Shown piece by piece: positions 9,901 through 19,420 of a stretch of 41,306 nucleotides of DNA. Source of the DNA: a virus (Duplodnaviria; Caudoviricetes); the IMG/VR virus record IMGVR_UViG_3300016263_000355, positions 1 to 41,306 of that record; one strand, written 5' to 3'. The notes below the pieces were generated by a model. It ran no database searches. It saw only the letters and a list, made by a program, of their open reading frames with translations, and was not told where the DNA came from. Position 1 is the stretch's first letter; every line of letters begins with the position of its first letter. The position numbers and the translations under genes were made by a program.

Positions 9901-12900
9901 TGAGGCAGCTTGACTTGAATATGTCTTACTTTCCCAGATGCTGTATCTACCTCATAAGACTTAAGCTCACTTGATTTTTTAGATGTTGTAGGAGCTGTTC
10001 CAAAACTTGACATTTGGACTTTCATATCTCCAAAAGTCTTTTGTCTGATAAGGTTATTGTTTATAAGAGAGGACAAGATAAATTCTATCTTGGTCTTGTT
10101 TGCAAGTACATCAAGATTGAAAGTAGTGTTATTGATAGCCATATCAATTCCCATCCTGATATTCAAAGAAGCTCCTCTTTTTTCTGCTTCTCGCATAAGG
10201 ATCTCTTTGAATTTGATAGGGTCAGAAATCAAATAGCCTCCGTCTTTCTTAGTAACATTCAGTTTCTTAAGAAGACTTTCCATTTCTATTTTGGTAAGAT
10301 CTTCAATAGCATTATCCCATTGTTTACCAAGCTCTTCTGTATTTACTGTTTCTAAGTTACCAGTAGTGGAATTTACAACTCTAATGTTCTTGCCCTTACC
10401 TTTGATAAACATGTTAGAAAACAAAAGCTTTCTAAACTGAGTACCAAAAGTAACTTTATACTTGGATTCAGGAGCTATGTCTACCTGTATTCCAAAATAT
10501 TTATAATCAAGCTCTGAAGCTACAGGTTGAAAAGCGCTATTAATAGCATTGTTATCAGTAAGATAATTTTTATTGATAATGGCTCCTATTTTAGCTCCTG
10601 TCCCAAAAGTAGCTACTCCTACACTGTTATCCATCATCATTTTATTAAGCTGCTCAAGTTTGGTCCCTTTGATCATTCTAGGGAGAAGAGGTACCAATGA
10701 GAACTTAAGAAAAGTAGGAGTATAACTATTAGTAGTAGTCTGGGGACCAAAGTACTGAGGCTTAAGAGGTTGAAATAATTCTACTTCAAAAGCAGTCAAA
10801 GCTCCTCCTCTAAGTACTTTAGGATAAGCTCTGTCATGAGATACAGACCATTGACCAGATCTAATCAGAAATTCACGATATTCTGGAAGAGTGATATATC
10901 CTTGAGCATTAGCAAATTCAATGTTCTTATAAGGATCCCAAAAACTTTCAGGTACTTTGATACCTTCTTTTTTGAAAAAGGCTTTAGCATTTGCTATAAA
11001 TTCTTCATCATTAAGAATAGGATCTTCAAAGACTGCAATATTGAATTTACCATTAGGAGTTTTCTTATCAGCTCTTTCAGTTTGAGAAAGCCATTTATTC
11101 AAAGCTGGGTCTACAGAAACATTTCTTTTGGTACCAGTCAAACCGCCTACACGTTTAGGACCATCATTCTTAGCATGATTGTAAAAAGCCAAATCTCCTA
11201 AGAACAATTTAGACTGCTCAATAGAACCCATCAAATGTCTTAAAGTGATTTCCAAAGTGACATTATCAAAAGCTTCCAAAGTCATAGTACGCTTTATATC
11301 AGGGAATCTGGCAATCTTTGTAGAGATGCCATTATTCTTGAAAGTTGCACCATCTTTACTTTCAACAACCATTGTTTTCAACAAATGCTCTTTAAGGAGT
11401 TCTTGTTGATTAGCAATATACTGTTGGATACCTGCAGTAACATCAGGATCAGCTAATATGCTAGGTATGCTTTCTTTAGTTACTCTTGCAGGAAGAATGA
11501 TTCCTTTTTCCTGTAAATAATAAAAGGTCACAAGATTACCACCTTGTTCTTGGAACACTGCTATATCATTCCTATCACCTTCATTGAACATGGCTACTCT
11601 TTCCAACTCATCAGCAAGGTAACCTTTAAAAATGTTAAGAGCATCTTTTATGGAGGAATCCATGTTGATCTGGAATCCGTATTCCAGTTTCTTATCTCCT
11701 GCTCTCATCAAAGGAAATACATTGTTAAGAAGAGCATTGATATGGGTAACAGTAAGATCCCCCTCACTAAGATTAGAAGTGATTTCTCCTTGTTGTCCAG
11801 GTTCATTTATTTTCTGACCTTCCAAAACAACAAGTTTCAAAGCTCCTTGATTCTTTTGCAGGATCTTCTTCCAGATAGAATTCTTAGAATATACATCATT
11901 TTTCAAATGAGCCAAAGAATTTATACCCTTGGAATTAATCTCATTGACAATGTTAGACAGATAGTTATTCAAAGTGATACTATATACTGTCTCTCCTTCA
12001 GGATTCATATGACTCAGTTCAATGGCTTCCTTAGTGTAAGGGATATCAATAGCAGCAAGTTGGGAAATCCTACCTTTTACTGCATCAGCCATGAACATAT
12101 CATCAATACCTTCTTGAGTCTTTCTGCCAAAGTATTCAATGATTTTTGAAGTAGCCTCATTGACTATCTTTCTCTCTTCTATAGTATATTGATTAGCAGT
12201 CCTGGTCATAGGAATGCCGAACATTTTCAATAAGTACAGGTTCTGACCTGTGTCATTGGCATTATAAGGAATACGTGATCCTTGAGTAGTTAACAAACCT
12301 TCTGTAAGTATTTTGTCAAGAATATCTCTTTTGAACACATACTTTCCACCATCTAACTTATAAAAAGACCTATTAGAATCCACATCTTGTTTAGACTTGG
12401 CTTTCCAAATAGAAACCATTTTGTCTTTAAGAGATTCAGAAGTAGCATCTATTTGATAAATCTCTCCAGTTTCAGGAGAAATCATAGTCAAAAGATATTC
12501 ATTCTTGGTCTTAGCAAATTGCTGTACAAAAGCAAGTTGCATAAGCACTTCTGAAAGAGTAAGATTTTCTGAAAATCCTCCATCAGACATCTTGAGTTTA
12601 GCCATGAGTTCTTTCAAAGGAGGATACACAAGAGAAAGCTCATGCATCTTAAGAACCATGTCATCAAGTTCCAAACTACCTGCAAGCTTATCTTGCAAGA
12701 AGTTCATAGTATAATCGAAGTTTGCGATTTTAGGAACTCCAAAATAAGAAGAATTATTAGCTACAATTACTTGCTTGCTTCCTACTTGTTCAAATCTCTT
12801 ATCTGTCAAAGACAGCATCAAGAATTTGAGAGAGTTAGTCATGTTCTGCTTGGGACTGAACTTTACAGACTCAATCCAGTCAGGAGCATTAGGACCTTTC

Positions 12901-15900
12901 TCTTCAGTATCTTGATCTACAGAATCTTTATTGTTATCATTAGACTCTAACATAAGCCCAAACTGAGCCATGTAAGCCATGTGATTCTTGATGAATTTAT
13001 TTCTATTTGCAGGACTTGTGAATACAACAAGATTATCAAGATAACTGTTTCTAAATTCCACCCACTCTTCATTAGTGAACTTTCTGCCAAATCTTTGTTC
13101 AGCATCAGCAGGAGGGACATCTTTTTCCTGAGCACTCTTTACAAAATTCTTTCTGAATGTGGCTTTAATATCTTCAAAAGCCTGATTGTATTTGGCAGCA
13201 AGATCAATCTTATGCAGATTATTCAATACATCAATATCGAAATTATCTCTAAGTATGGAATTTATAAGGAAGCTTGTAAGAACCTGATTGGCATCTTCAT
13301 GGAAATCTATACTGAGATCTGTTACTTTGTTATAAGCCATAGTAGGTCTGGAAAGAACAGGCTTATTAGCATAGTTACCAGCTTTGATGTTTTCAAACAA
13401 AGCTTCTGCCATTCCTGGAGTATTACCTACTCCAATAAGAGCTTTTAAAAGATCTACGATTTTTTGGAAAAGACTTTTCATTACAGGAGGCAAATCAAAA
13501 TCTCCTGTAATCATATAGTTTCTGAAAGATTCTGCAAGTATTTCTTCAGCTTCTATTGCGCTTAACTTAGGTCTATTCAGTCTCTTACGAAGTTCATCAT
13601 AAAGTCTTTCTCTTTCAGAATTTTCAAGTAAGAACAAAGACACTTTGTGAAATGCTTCGTGATAAGTAGTACCAGGAGAAGCCAAGTCAGAAATCAAGAC
13701 TTTACCAGCTTGAGTTACTTGTCCTACAGCTCTACCTTGAATAAGACCTCTGATTCTTTTATAGTCATTTGCAAATTGAGGGAAGGTTTTTTTAAACCAA
13801 GCTTCCTCAGCATCAAGTTCAGCTTTAGTAGCTGACTGCTCATTTTGAAATAACTTGAAAGGACCTTTGTTATCTTCATCCTCTTCCCAAGGATTAGTGT
13901 CTACTCCAGTATCTCCTGATAAGATATCATCTGCTTGCTTTTCTGCAGACTCTTCTTCTTGTTCAGTAGTTTCTTCAGCAGCCTCTGCAGCTTCTGTAGT
14001 GAATGCAGGACCTTGATCAGTAGTAGCAAAACCTTCTTGCTTTTTAGTGGAAGCAGCTTGAGTAACAGGTTTATCTCCACCAATAAGATCAGGTGCTATT
14101 CTTAGCATCTCTTCATATTCAGCCAGAGGATCATCTTCTGATAAAGCTTCATCTTTTTGATAAGGAGCTTCTTGAGTATCATAAGGAGCTTCATCCTCAA
14201 CAGCTTGATCTTCAGCATATTCAAGATCTTCTTGCTCTCCTTCAAGAAGAGAATTAGAATCAAACTTGAGATATACATTCAAGAACTGTTGCTCAGCCAA
14301 AGGAGCAAGAGTCACTTTTACAGGAACTTGATCTTCAGTTCTTCCTTCAGAAGACATCAAGTAATGCTTATATGAAGGGTACTCTTTGTTATTCAGAGGA
14401 TCTGTAAAAGGCTCATTCTTATTCAATAGATACAAGTTCACATTGAAAAGCTTGCTTTGGAAAAAAGCCCTAAGCTCATCTGCAGGGATCTTGTCAAGGT
14501 CATAAGACTGACCATTGAATACAAATTTACCTTCTTTCTTATCAAGAAAAATACGCTTGGTTTTGAAATCTACCTTCTCATAATTGCCATAGTTAATCAA
14601 AGCTTTGATATTGTTTTCAGCTTGATATACAGCTTTTCTTTTAGATTCTTCAGGAGACTTTTCTCCAGGTACAAAGTTTTGAGCAATGGTGTTTACTTGC
14701 TGCATAAGAAAATCAACAGCACCAGGAATCTCTTCCATTGTAGGGAGACTCACAGGAACAACTTGATTCTTATGGCCTATGAGTACAAAACCTCTTTTAC
14801 CTGAAAGGTTACTGAAAATAGTACCTCCTATGTTCTCAGAGTCAGATCTTACTACAGTAATCTGTACATCATCTATCTCTTCAGCAGTTTCTACAAGTCT
14901 GCTTACTACATTACCAGTAGTAGCTCTACCTCTTACACCAGCACTTTTACCAGTTACTTTGAAAAACAGAGGAGCATCTTCTTCAGACATGCTTAGGAGT
15001 CTTTTCCTAATAGCTTCATATCTGGTGAACATGGCTTGTAAAGCCTCTTCACTGTAATTCTTATTATTAGTATATCTGCCTTCAGAAATCTCGTCAAAAG
15101 TAGGAGTCATGCCCATAGAAGTATAGACATAATCATCTCCTATTTTTATAGGATTACCTTTATAGTAAAGCACTAACAGAATAGTTTCAGAAGCTTTATA
15201 AGGACCTACATCTTTAAACTGTAAGGCTCTACCAAATGGATTGGTCTTTTGGGTCACAGGTCTCAACATAAATCCTTCAGCAGGATCAAGGTTCTCTGTA
15301 ACTGCAAACCACCTACGTTGATCAGGATTGTCTGTCAGAATCTCATCAGAAAATTGCCCATTTGGCAACACTAGCATGTTGTTACCCCTAGTAGCATTCA
15401 TAGCCCAGAAGATATCTCTTACAGGGCCACTTATCATTTCTCCTACACCCTCTTCAAATTCCTTATCAGTAAGGTTATCAGGTTCAAATACATTCCTAGT
15501 AGACTCTTTATTGGCTTTGGCTTCTGTAGTTTTCTTAGTAGCTACAGTCTTATTCAAGATCACATTGATCTTGGAAAAAGCGTCTTTTAATGCCCCCAAA
15601 GTATTGGAAGCAGCATCTATATTTCTAAGATCCTTAGCAGCATTGTTGGCATTCTCAGCTGAAGCCATGAATGTAGTATAAGATTTGGAAAGACTATCCA
15701 TCTCTGCCTTAGAGAGACTCAATTGTTCTTCCAGATCCTTAAGTTCTGTTTCAAGTAACCCTGCTTTTTCAATGATAGCAAGTACAAGATCAGGATTCCT
15801 ATTCAGCATTTCAGAAGCACGTTGTGCCAAAGCTGTCCTAGTCAATGGAGAAGCATCTCCATATCTCTTGTAAGCCCGTAAAGTTTCAAAATCTTCTCTA

Positions 15901-18900
15901 TAAAGATTCTGCACTATTTCTTCTGGAAGACCCATCAAGAATCTTTCAAAAGTATCAGCTTCAGAAAGACGTTGTCTTACTACTGCAAGTTCAAACTTTT
16001 TTCTTGTGATGATATCTTGAATAGCTTTGATAAGGTTATCCAAAGATCCTAACTTCTGGGTAATAGCCTCTGCTTTTACTCCATAGTCTTTAGCCATTCT
16101 TTCCAATTCAGTTATGGAAAACCCAGCTAATTTGTACATATCTTGAATAGCACCTTCTTCTATGGCTTGTAAGCTATCAAGTTTTTCTTGAGCAGTAACT
16201 TTAGGATCAAGAAGATATTCTTGGTACTCTTTCAAGAACCTGATATTATTATCAAGCTCTTCATAAGTCTTATTGATATTATCAAGTTGTTCTTGATAAA
16301 GATCTCTTAGAGCAATGGCATCATCAAGAAGTTTTTGGTATTCTTCCAGAGTATAGACTTTGCTATCTTTTGTAGTAAATCCTTTTCTAAGCTTACCGTC
16401 TTTGCTGACTTTATAACCTTGAAGCTCTTCTACTTTAGCAATAGCTTCCATAAGATTCTGCTCAACTTCAGCAGCTTCTCTGATAAGTCTAAGCTGGGTT
16501 TCATCATCAGTATCAATAAGGCTTTGAACAGCTTTCAATCTTTCAAGTACTGTTTTCTCACCTCTATATTGAGATTCTGGAACAGCTTTAGTGACATCCA
16601 TAAAAGGCATAGCATCCTTTATGTTTATCACTTTACCACTATTAAGTCCTATAAGGATATTAGGATTTACTTCTCCATTCTCATTTTCAGCAAATACAAA
16701 ATCATCAGTTACTGCATTAGGGCCTTCTCCAATAGTCTGATCTTTGAATACTTTTTGTTTATGATCATTATAAAATTGAGCTGCTTCCCTATCTTGCGCG
16801 TTAAAAGTCACATTAGCATCTTGATCATCTTTATCAGATTCATTCTTAGCTGCTTGTGCTGCAAGTTTTTCCTTCTCAATTTCAGAAGGAATAGTCATTT
16901 TATTTACTCTAATGTTAGAATCTTTTAGAGTATTTATAAGATCCTTTTTTCTATTAGTAAGAAGATTAAGTTCTTTTTCTTGCTCACTTCCTTTCTCAGG
17001 AGTTTCAAGTTCTTCTACAGGAGTACCTTCTCTTTTAGTATTTACATTCTCTTTGTAAATATTACCTTTAAGATCGGTGATCTTATTATTGATATTATCA
17101 ATAGAAGTAATAGTTTCTTTCTGAAGTACAGCTTCTTCAAAAAGTTGTCTTGCTACTTTTCTATTTGGAATCTCAAATCTAGAGTTAATCTGATTATAAA
17201 TCTTTTCATACTCTAAAGCTTTCTGCTTATATCTTTCAGCAATTTCAGTAGGAGTGACTATTCTACCTTCAGAATTTCTGAGGTCCTGACCCACTATACC
17301 TTTTTGTTTTGCAGTATCATAATCCAAAGAACCTATATCTTCAATCTTTTTGTAAAGATCTTCAGCTCTTCCTGCTTCAAAATGAGAGTAGGCCCAGTTA
17401 CCAAATCTAATATTATCAAGAGCCTTATAAGCTTCTTCATAATCATTGCTAAGAGCAGTTACCATTTCTTTTGAAAGGTAGCCATCTCTTACTTGATCAG
17501 TCAGCAGTCCTAAAATCTTGGCTTTATTCAGAGTAATCTTTCCAGTCTTCTCATCTTTGACGGTAAAGTCAGCCATGTTTTCTTTCAGGTACTCATTGTT
17601 TGTAAGTTTCTCCTGAAGATATTTAGCTTGTTCTCTAGTCTGTTTACCTGCTTGACCATAAGCTTGAGATACTCCACCGAACAATCCTCCTAGAATCATT
17701 CCAGCTCCCATAGCATCCCAACCTTCTTTTTTGGTAAAGCCGTCAAAATATTCTTTTAATACTCCTGTAACAGCATTATCTTCTACTCCTTCTACATATT
17801 TCTTATTAGCATACTCTTGCATTGCATACTGAAGTCCTTCTTCAAGTATACCTTCACTAAAAGCATTTTTACCAGCTTGTTTTGCAAAAGCTTTTCCAAA
17901 GCTAGGTACTGCTACTTCTAAAGCTCCAGTCTCTCCAAGTCTTAACAGTTTGCTTTTGGATTTAGAAAAAGTCTTAAACCATCCACTATACTGTTGATAA
18001 TCCAGAGGAGTCAACAACATATTCAATCCTGTCACAGCCATAGCAGCTTGAGCTGCTTTGTTTCCTGCTTCCTGCTCAGAGTAGCCTTGATCCACTAAGC
18101 TATTGAAAACTTGATTATAAGTCTGTTTACCCTCTGCAATAGATTCTACAGTTCTAGAAGCAGTTGCAACAGTTATATTGTTTGCAAGCTGCATATTTTT
18201 TGCAAGATTGCCTTTTACTAAAGACGTGCCTATCAATTCAGCTTTAGCTGCTTGATTACCTGCAGCTATTGCGGATTCTAATTCAGCAATCTTGGCAGCT
18301 TCTGTTGCTGCAGCTGCTTCTAATCTTGCCCCATAAAGAGCTTTAGTAGCTGGGCCTAAAAGTTTAGCGGCCCCCATACCAGTAAGATAGGCTGAAATCA
18401 TAAAAGCAGCTCCATCTACCATGTCATTTGTCCAGAAATCAAGATCTGTTACAGCCCTATGCAGAAAGTTTTTACGTTGATCTGCTCTAGTATTATAAAC
18501 AGGAAAAGCTTCTTTAATAGCTTCTTCCATAGAATCAAACAGTCCACTAAGAGGCGTAGCTCCAGAAACATCTTCATCTAAAGCTAAAGATGCTGCACTG
18601 TTCATGATTACATCTCCTACACTGCTTACTCCTGACAAAAGTTTTGTACCTGTAGTAAGTCCCAATCTAGCTATACCATTTCCTAGACTAGAGTACCAAG
18701 ATTGAGCTTCTGCTCTTACATCTTCAGCTTCTCCTTGAGACCAACCTGCAAATTTTGGTAATTCTTGGAAGTCTTCTAAAGAAGTAGCATCTATAGGAGT
18801 AGTGGCAAATGAAGGTACTTGTGGAGTAGATAATCTTCCAGTTCTTGTAAAATCTGCAAGTTCGGTAGATAAGTTTAACTCTTTCTGTGGAGCAGAAACA

Positions 18901-18956
18901 GGTAAACCCGTCATAGGATCTATACCAACATAATTAGGAGCAAGTTTTTTTGCCAT
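6912..18956 (-). CDS. Giant virion-packaged RNA polymerase of crAss-like type (4014 aa), fused with N-terminal ejection/coiled-coil region and zincin domain
   Basis: GYRIPTQ...GGSDFDIDK catalytic motif (DFDID at 9693-9707), typical of phi14:2 gp66/crAssphage RNAPs. HEAFH zincin motif at 13647-13661. Gly/Ala-rich hydrophobic N-terminal segments. Acidic linker ~13870-14250. Confidence 0.92.
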   Translation of the reverse strand: MAKKLAPNYVGIDPMTGLPVSAPQKELNLSTELADFTRTGRLSTPQVPSFATTPIDATSLEDFQELPKFAGWSQGEAEDVRAEAQSWYSSLGNGIARLGLTTGTKLLSGVSSVGDVIMNSAASLALDEDVSGATPLSGLFDSMEEAIKEAFPVYNTRADQRKNFLHRAVTDLDFWTNDMVDGAAFMISAYLTGMGAAKLLGPATKALYGARLEAAAATEAAKIAELESAIAAGNQAAKAELIGTSLVKGNLAKNMQLANNITVATASRTVESIAEGKQTYNQVFNSLVDQGYSEQEAGNKAAQAAMAVTGLNMLLTPLDYQQYSGWFKTFSKSKSKLLRLGETGALEVAVPSFGKAFAKQAGKNAFSEGILEEGLQYAMQEYANKKYVEGVEDNAVTGVLKEYFDGFTKKEGWDAMGAGMILGGLFGGVSQAYGQAGKQTREQAKYLQEKLTNNEYLKENMADFTVKDEKTGKITLNKAKILGLLTDQVRDGYLSKEMVTALSNDYEEAYKALDNIRFGNWAYSHFEAGRAEDLYKKIEDIGSLDYDTAKQKGIVGQDLRNSEGRIVTPTEIAERYKQKALEYEKIYNQINSRFEIPNRKVARQLFEEAVLQKETITSIDNINNKITDLKGNIYKENVNTKREGTPVEELETPEKGSEQEKELNLLTNRKKDLINTLKDSNIRVNKMTIPSEIEKEKLAAQAAKNESDKDDQDANVTFNAQDREAAQFYNDHKQKVFKDQTIGEGPNAVTDDFVFAENENGEVNPNILIGLNSGKVINIKDAMPFMDVTKAVPESQYRGEKTVLERLKAVQSLIDTDDETQLRLIREAAEVEQNLMEAIAKVEELQGYKVSKDGKLRKGFTTKDSKVYTLEEYQKLLDDAIALRDLYQEQLDNINKTYEELDNNIRFLKEYQEYLLDPKVTAQEKLDSLQAIEEGAIQDMYKLAGFSITELERMAKDYGVKAEAITQKLGSLDNLIKAIQDIITRKKFELAVVRQRLSEADTFERFLMGLPEEIVQNLYREDFETLRAYKRYGDASPLTRTALAQRASEMLNRNPDLVLAIIEKAGLLETELKDLEEQLSLSKAEMDSLSKSYTTFMASAENANNAAKDLRNIDAASNTLGALKDAFSKINVILNKTVATKKTTEAKANKESTRNVFEPDNLTDKEFEEGVGEMISGPVRDIFWAMNATRGNNMLVLPNGQFSDEILTDNPDQRRWFAVTENLDPAEGFMLRPVTQKTNPFGRALQFKDVGPYKASETILLVLYYKGNPIKIGDDYVYTSMGMTPTFDEISEGRYTNNKNYSEEALQAMFTRYEAIRKRLLSMSEEDAPLFFKVTGKSAGVRGRATTGNVVSRLVETAEEIDDVQITVVRSDSENIGGTIFSNLSGKRGFVLIGHKNQVVPVSLPTMEEIPGAVDFLMQQVNTIAQNFVPGEKSPEESKRKAVYQAENNIKALINYGNYEKVDFKTKRIFLDKKEGKFVFNGQSYDLDKIPADELRAFFQSKLFNVNLYLLNKNEPFTDPLNNKEYPSYKHYLMSSEGRTEDQVPVKVTLAPLAEQQFLNVYLKFDSNSLLEGEQEDLEYAEDQAVEDEAPYDTQEAPYQKDEALSEDDPLAEYEEMLRIAPDLIGGDKPVTQAASTKKQEGFATTDQGPAFTTEAAEAAEETTEQEEESAEKQADDILSGDTGVDTNPWEEDEDNKGPFKLFQNEQSATKAELDAEEAWFKKTFPQFANDYKRIRGLIQGRAVGQVTQAGKVLISDLASPGTTYHEAFHKVSLFLLENSERERLYDELRKRLNRPKLSAIEAEEILAESFRNYMITGDFDLPPVMKSLFQKIVDLLKALIGVGNTPGMAEALFENIKAGNYANKPVLSRPTMAYNKVTDLSIDFHEDANQVLTSFLINSILRDNFDIDVLNNLHKIDLAAKYNQAFEDIKATFRKNFVKSAQEKDVPPADAEQRFGRKFTNEEWVEFRNSYLDNLVVFTSPANRNKFIKNHMAYMAQFGLMLESNDNNKDSVDQDTEEKGPNAPDWIESVKFSPKQNMTNSLKFLMLSLTDKRFEQVGSKQVIVANNSSYFGVPKIANFDYTMNFLQDKLAGSLELDDMVLKMHELSLVYPPLKELMAKLKMSDGGFSENLTLSEVLMQLAFVQQFAKTKNEYLLTMISPETGEIYQIDATSESLKDKMVSIWKAKSKQDVDSNRSFYKLDGGKYVFKRDILDKILTEGLLTTQGSRIPYNANDTGQNLYLLKMFGIPMTRTANQYTIEERKIVNEATSKIIEYFGRKTQEGIDDMFMADAVKGRISQLAAIDIPYTKEAIELSHMNPEGETVYSITLNNYLSNIVNEINSKGINSLAHLKNDVYSKNSIWKKILQKNQGALKLVVLEGQKINEPGQQGEITSNLSEGDLTVTHINALLNNVFPLMRAGDKKLEYGFQINMDSSIKDALNIFKGYLADELERVAMFNEGDRNDIAVFQEQGGNLVTFYYLQEKGIILPARVTKESIPSILADPDVTAGIQQYIANQQELLKEHLLKTMVVESKDGATFKNNGISTKIARFPDIKRTMTLEAFDNVTLEITLRHLMGSIEQSKLFLGDLAFYNHAKNDGPKRVGGLTGTKRNVSVDPALNKWLSQTERADKKTPNGKFNIAVFEDPILNDEEFIANAKAFFKKEGIKVPESFWDPYKNIEFANAQGYITLPEYREFLIRSGQWSVSHDRAYPKVLRGGALTAFEVELFQPLKPQYFGPQTTTNSYTPTFLKFSLVPLLPRMIKGTKLEQLNKMMMDNSVGVATFGTGAKIGAIINKNYLTDNNAINSAFQPVASELDYKYFGIQVDIAPESKYKVTFGTQFRKLLFSNMFIKGKGKNIRVVNSTTGNLETVNTEELGKQWDNAIEDLTKIEMESLLKKLNVTKKDGGYLISDPIKFKEILMREAEKRGASLNIRMGIDMAINNTTFNLDVLANKTKIEFILSSLINNNLIRQKTFGDMKVQMSSFGTAPTTSKKSSELKSYEVDTASGKVRHIQVKLPHWFKDVFGRDVDIKSLDKRLLNIVGYRIPTQDYSSMDVLEVVEFLPPEQGNVVIIPENIPAKGGSDFDIDKMNLLIPNYKITYDTSEALSFVNTSLKGFFRGVAVKPIASIEALQDILTRQKDGDSLTSSESRAVLYYKEFMRSAPFKLSYVESSENSKEGKQNKLIEIATQVLTSPDNYKYLIRANTNKTLLGLSEEIAGKPEKAPKPKGKMLEFVNNIKTALAFWTGKGGVGVAALHNSHHSLSQKVNLYVPAGQVLSDVNTGFTRKSIFNKDIPVKMDIPLLINFNHNQAEDGGISFADEMDVNNDNRISDLLAEFINAYVDIAKDPFILKLNAGIDTANIWLMLIRAGVNVREIAYFMSQPIIKDYFDMKRSYKSQFLEARKDEVTNLQILREVLKKYELNETDLYIGGDIKTEASLKANMTKGAENKSFNGSLIKDLLVYEKLANDLSDIQKITTFDTAGVGKTRWQSRALLRKVDSVLEKTVFKNAGKILDDTLIKSFYNVGKMAADVYNEGYVLDLPKAENVREFMFEAVQDVTDVKEQGRLLSYMENEFLIYLFSKQKVGNIQLNTYIKKLFTGENSLAHRLGRLKQDPDFQNNFVISNLIPIINPNRTSTDNIRFFDSAFNSYQADLLFQGFEQLFNAPNDNVRVFASDLMVLMLLQGGPNLSPVSLYGHVPNNLFIPLLSKAVIGQYKNSSVDTSSFGDEFYMNNWHKNEFVPWIPVRNTEEGEAVVYRSSRNYGKPYVKTSFKDKNGNKIVKLYKLQTSNGEMSVYKEVPKRGNGFYLREYFGNTSDSVIKDNVLVAKPSTKTSKIKTKTKISPVEKKLSRADSKVRAEITKRLPEVISDTARKYLSKEQYKSRIATQYIGEGSKNSSTDRYKILYQEYGIANTGKYSSEDIVWVSSNGKRTGRVNPIVGDVLQGVYKNVDKVIKAKGKIIMDTAEHLENTKSYNVGELALAVYLNNNGYVRNDETGMWSPKDDFSGQDDTLNCN

Positions 18957-18964
18957 AGCAGTAA

Positions 18965-19399
18965 TTAATAATCAAATTTTTTCAAATGTGATAACCTTCT
19001 TCTAGCACTCTCTTGAGCGTTAGCAGGTCTTTCCCAATTCACAGTAAACCAAGTACTGGCTTCCTCAGGACTTTTGAAGTTAGTATTTAAATAAGTTTGT
19101 GTAGAATCTTCACTTAAAGCATAATCAATCTGTGACTGCCAATTGACTGCCCAGTTAGGATCATATTCTTGTAAATTTTGGAATCTGTTAGCGTGATGCT
19201 GAAACAATCCTCCGCTAGTATAAACTCCAGTAGATTGGTCTTTATCTCCTAAACTTCCTGGATTAAACCCAGACTCATGCTGAATATTAGCCAACATTCC
19301 TTTAGCATGAATAGGAGATACACCTCTCTCTAAAAGATAGTCATATACATCTCTAGGATTTACTCGGACTCCTGTACCCCCTGAAGTTTGTCCATTCAC
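18965..19399 (-). CDS. Phage tail lysozyme domain (Phage_lysozyme2-like), probably expressed as a -1 frameshift extension of the upstream gene
   Basis: AKGMLANIQHESGFNP...GLFQH...QIDYALSE...SPEEAS.WF...WERP motifs. The only upstream start is a GTG buried in a hairpin. Confidence 0.85.
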   Translation of the reverse strand: MNGQTSGGTGVRVNPRDVYDYLLERGVSPIHAKGMLANIQHESGFNPGSLGDKDQSTGVYTSGGLFQHHANRFQNLQEYDPNWAVNWQSQIDYALSEDSTQTYLNTNFKSPEEASTWFTVNWERPANAQESARRRLSHLKKFDY

Positions 19400-19420
19400 T
19401 CCAAAGGGGGTTACTTTTTT
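19365..19420 (-). promoter_or_regulatory. Putative programmed -1 ribosomal frameshift cassette (slippery heptamer plus hairpin/pseudoknot)
   Basis: In-frame A_AAA_AAG (19420-19414) immediately before the TAA of the 833-aa ORF. Stem ACCCCCU..GGAGU/ACUUC.AGGGGGU (19411-19376). The -1 frame is open into the lysozyme ORF. Confidence 0.8.

Noticed and set aside
7600-12600. xxxGG motifs inside the RNAP (MSDGG, KLDGG, KKDGG, AEDGG, VLRGG) as cleavage sites
   Set aside because: They are sparse and lie within apparently folded polymerase regions, not clustered in linkers. Treated as background.
6912-18956. Intein or group I intron in the RNAP gene
   Set aside because: The ORF is continuous with no internal Cys, and no intein splice-junction or LAGLIDADG/HNH motifs were recognised.
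19376-19411. Hairpin interpreted as an intrinsic terminator
   Set aside because: There is no U-tract after the stem on the coding (-) strand, and it lies mid-operon. Its position after a slippery site fits a frameshift stimulator better. A + strand antisense terminator role (T-run at 19415-19420) is not excluded.
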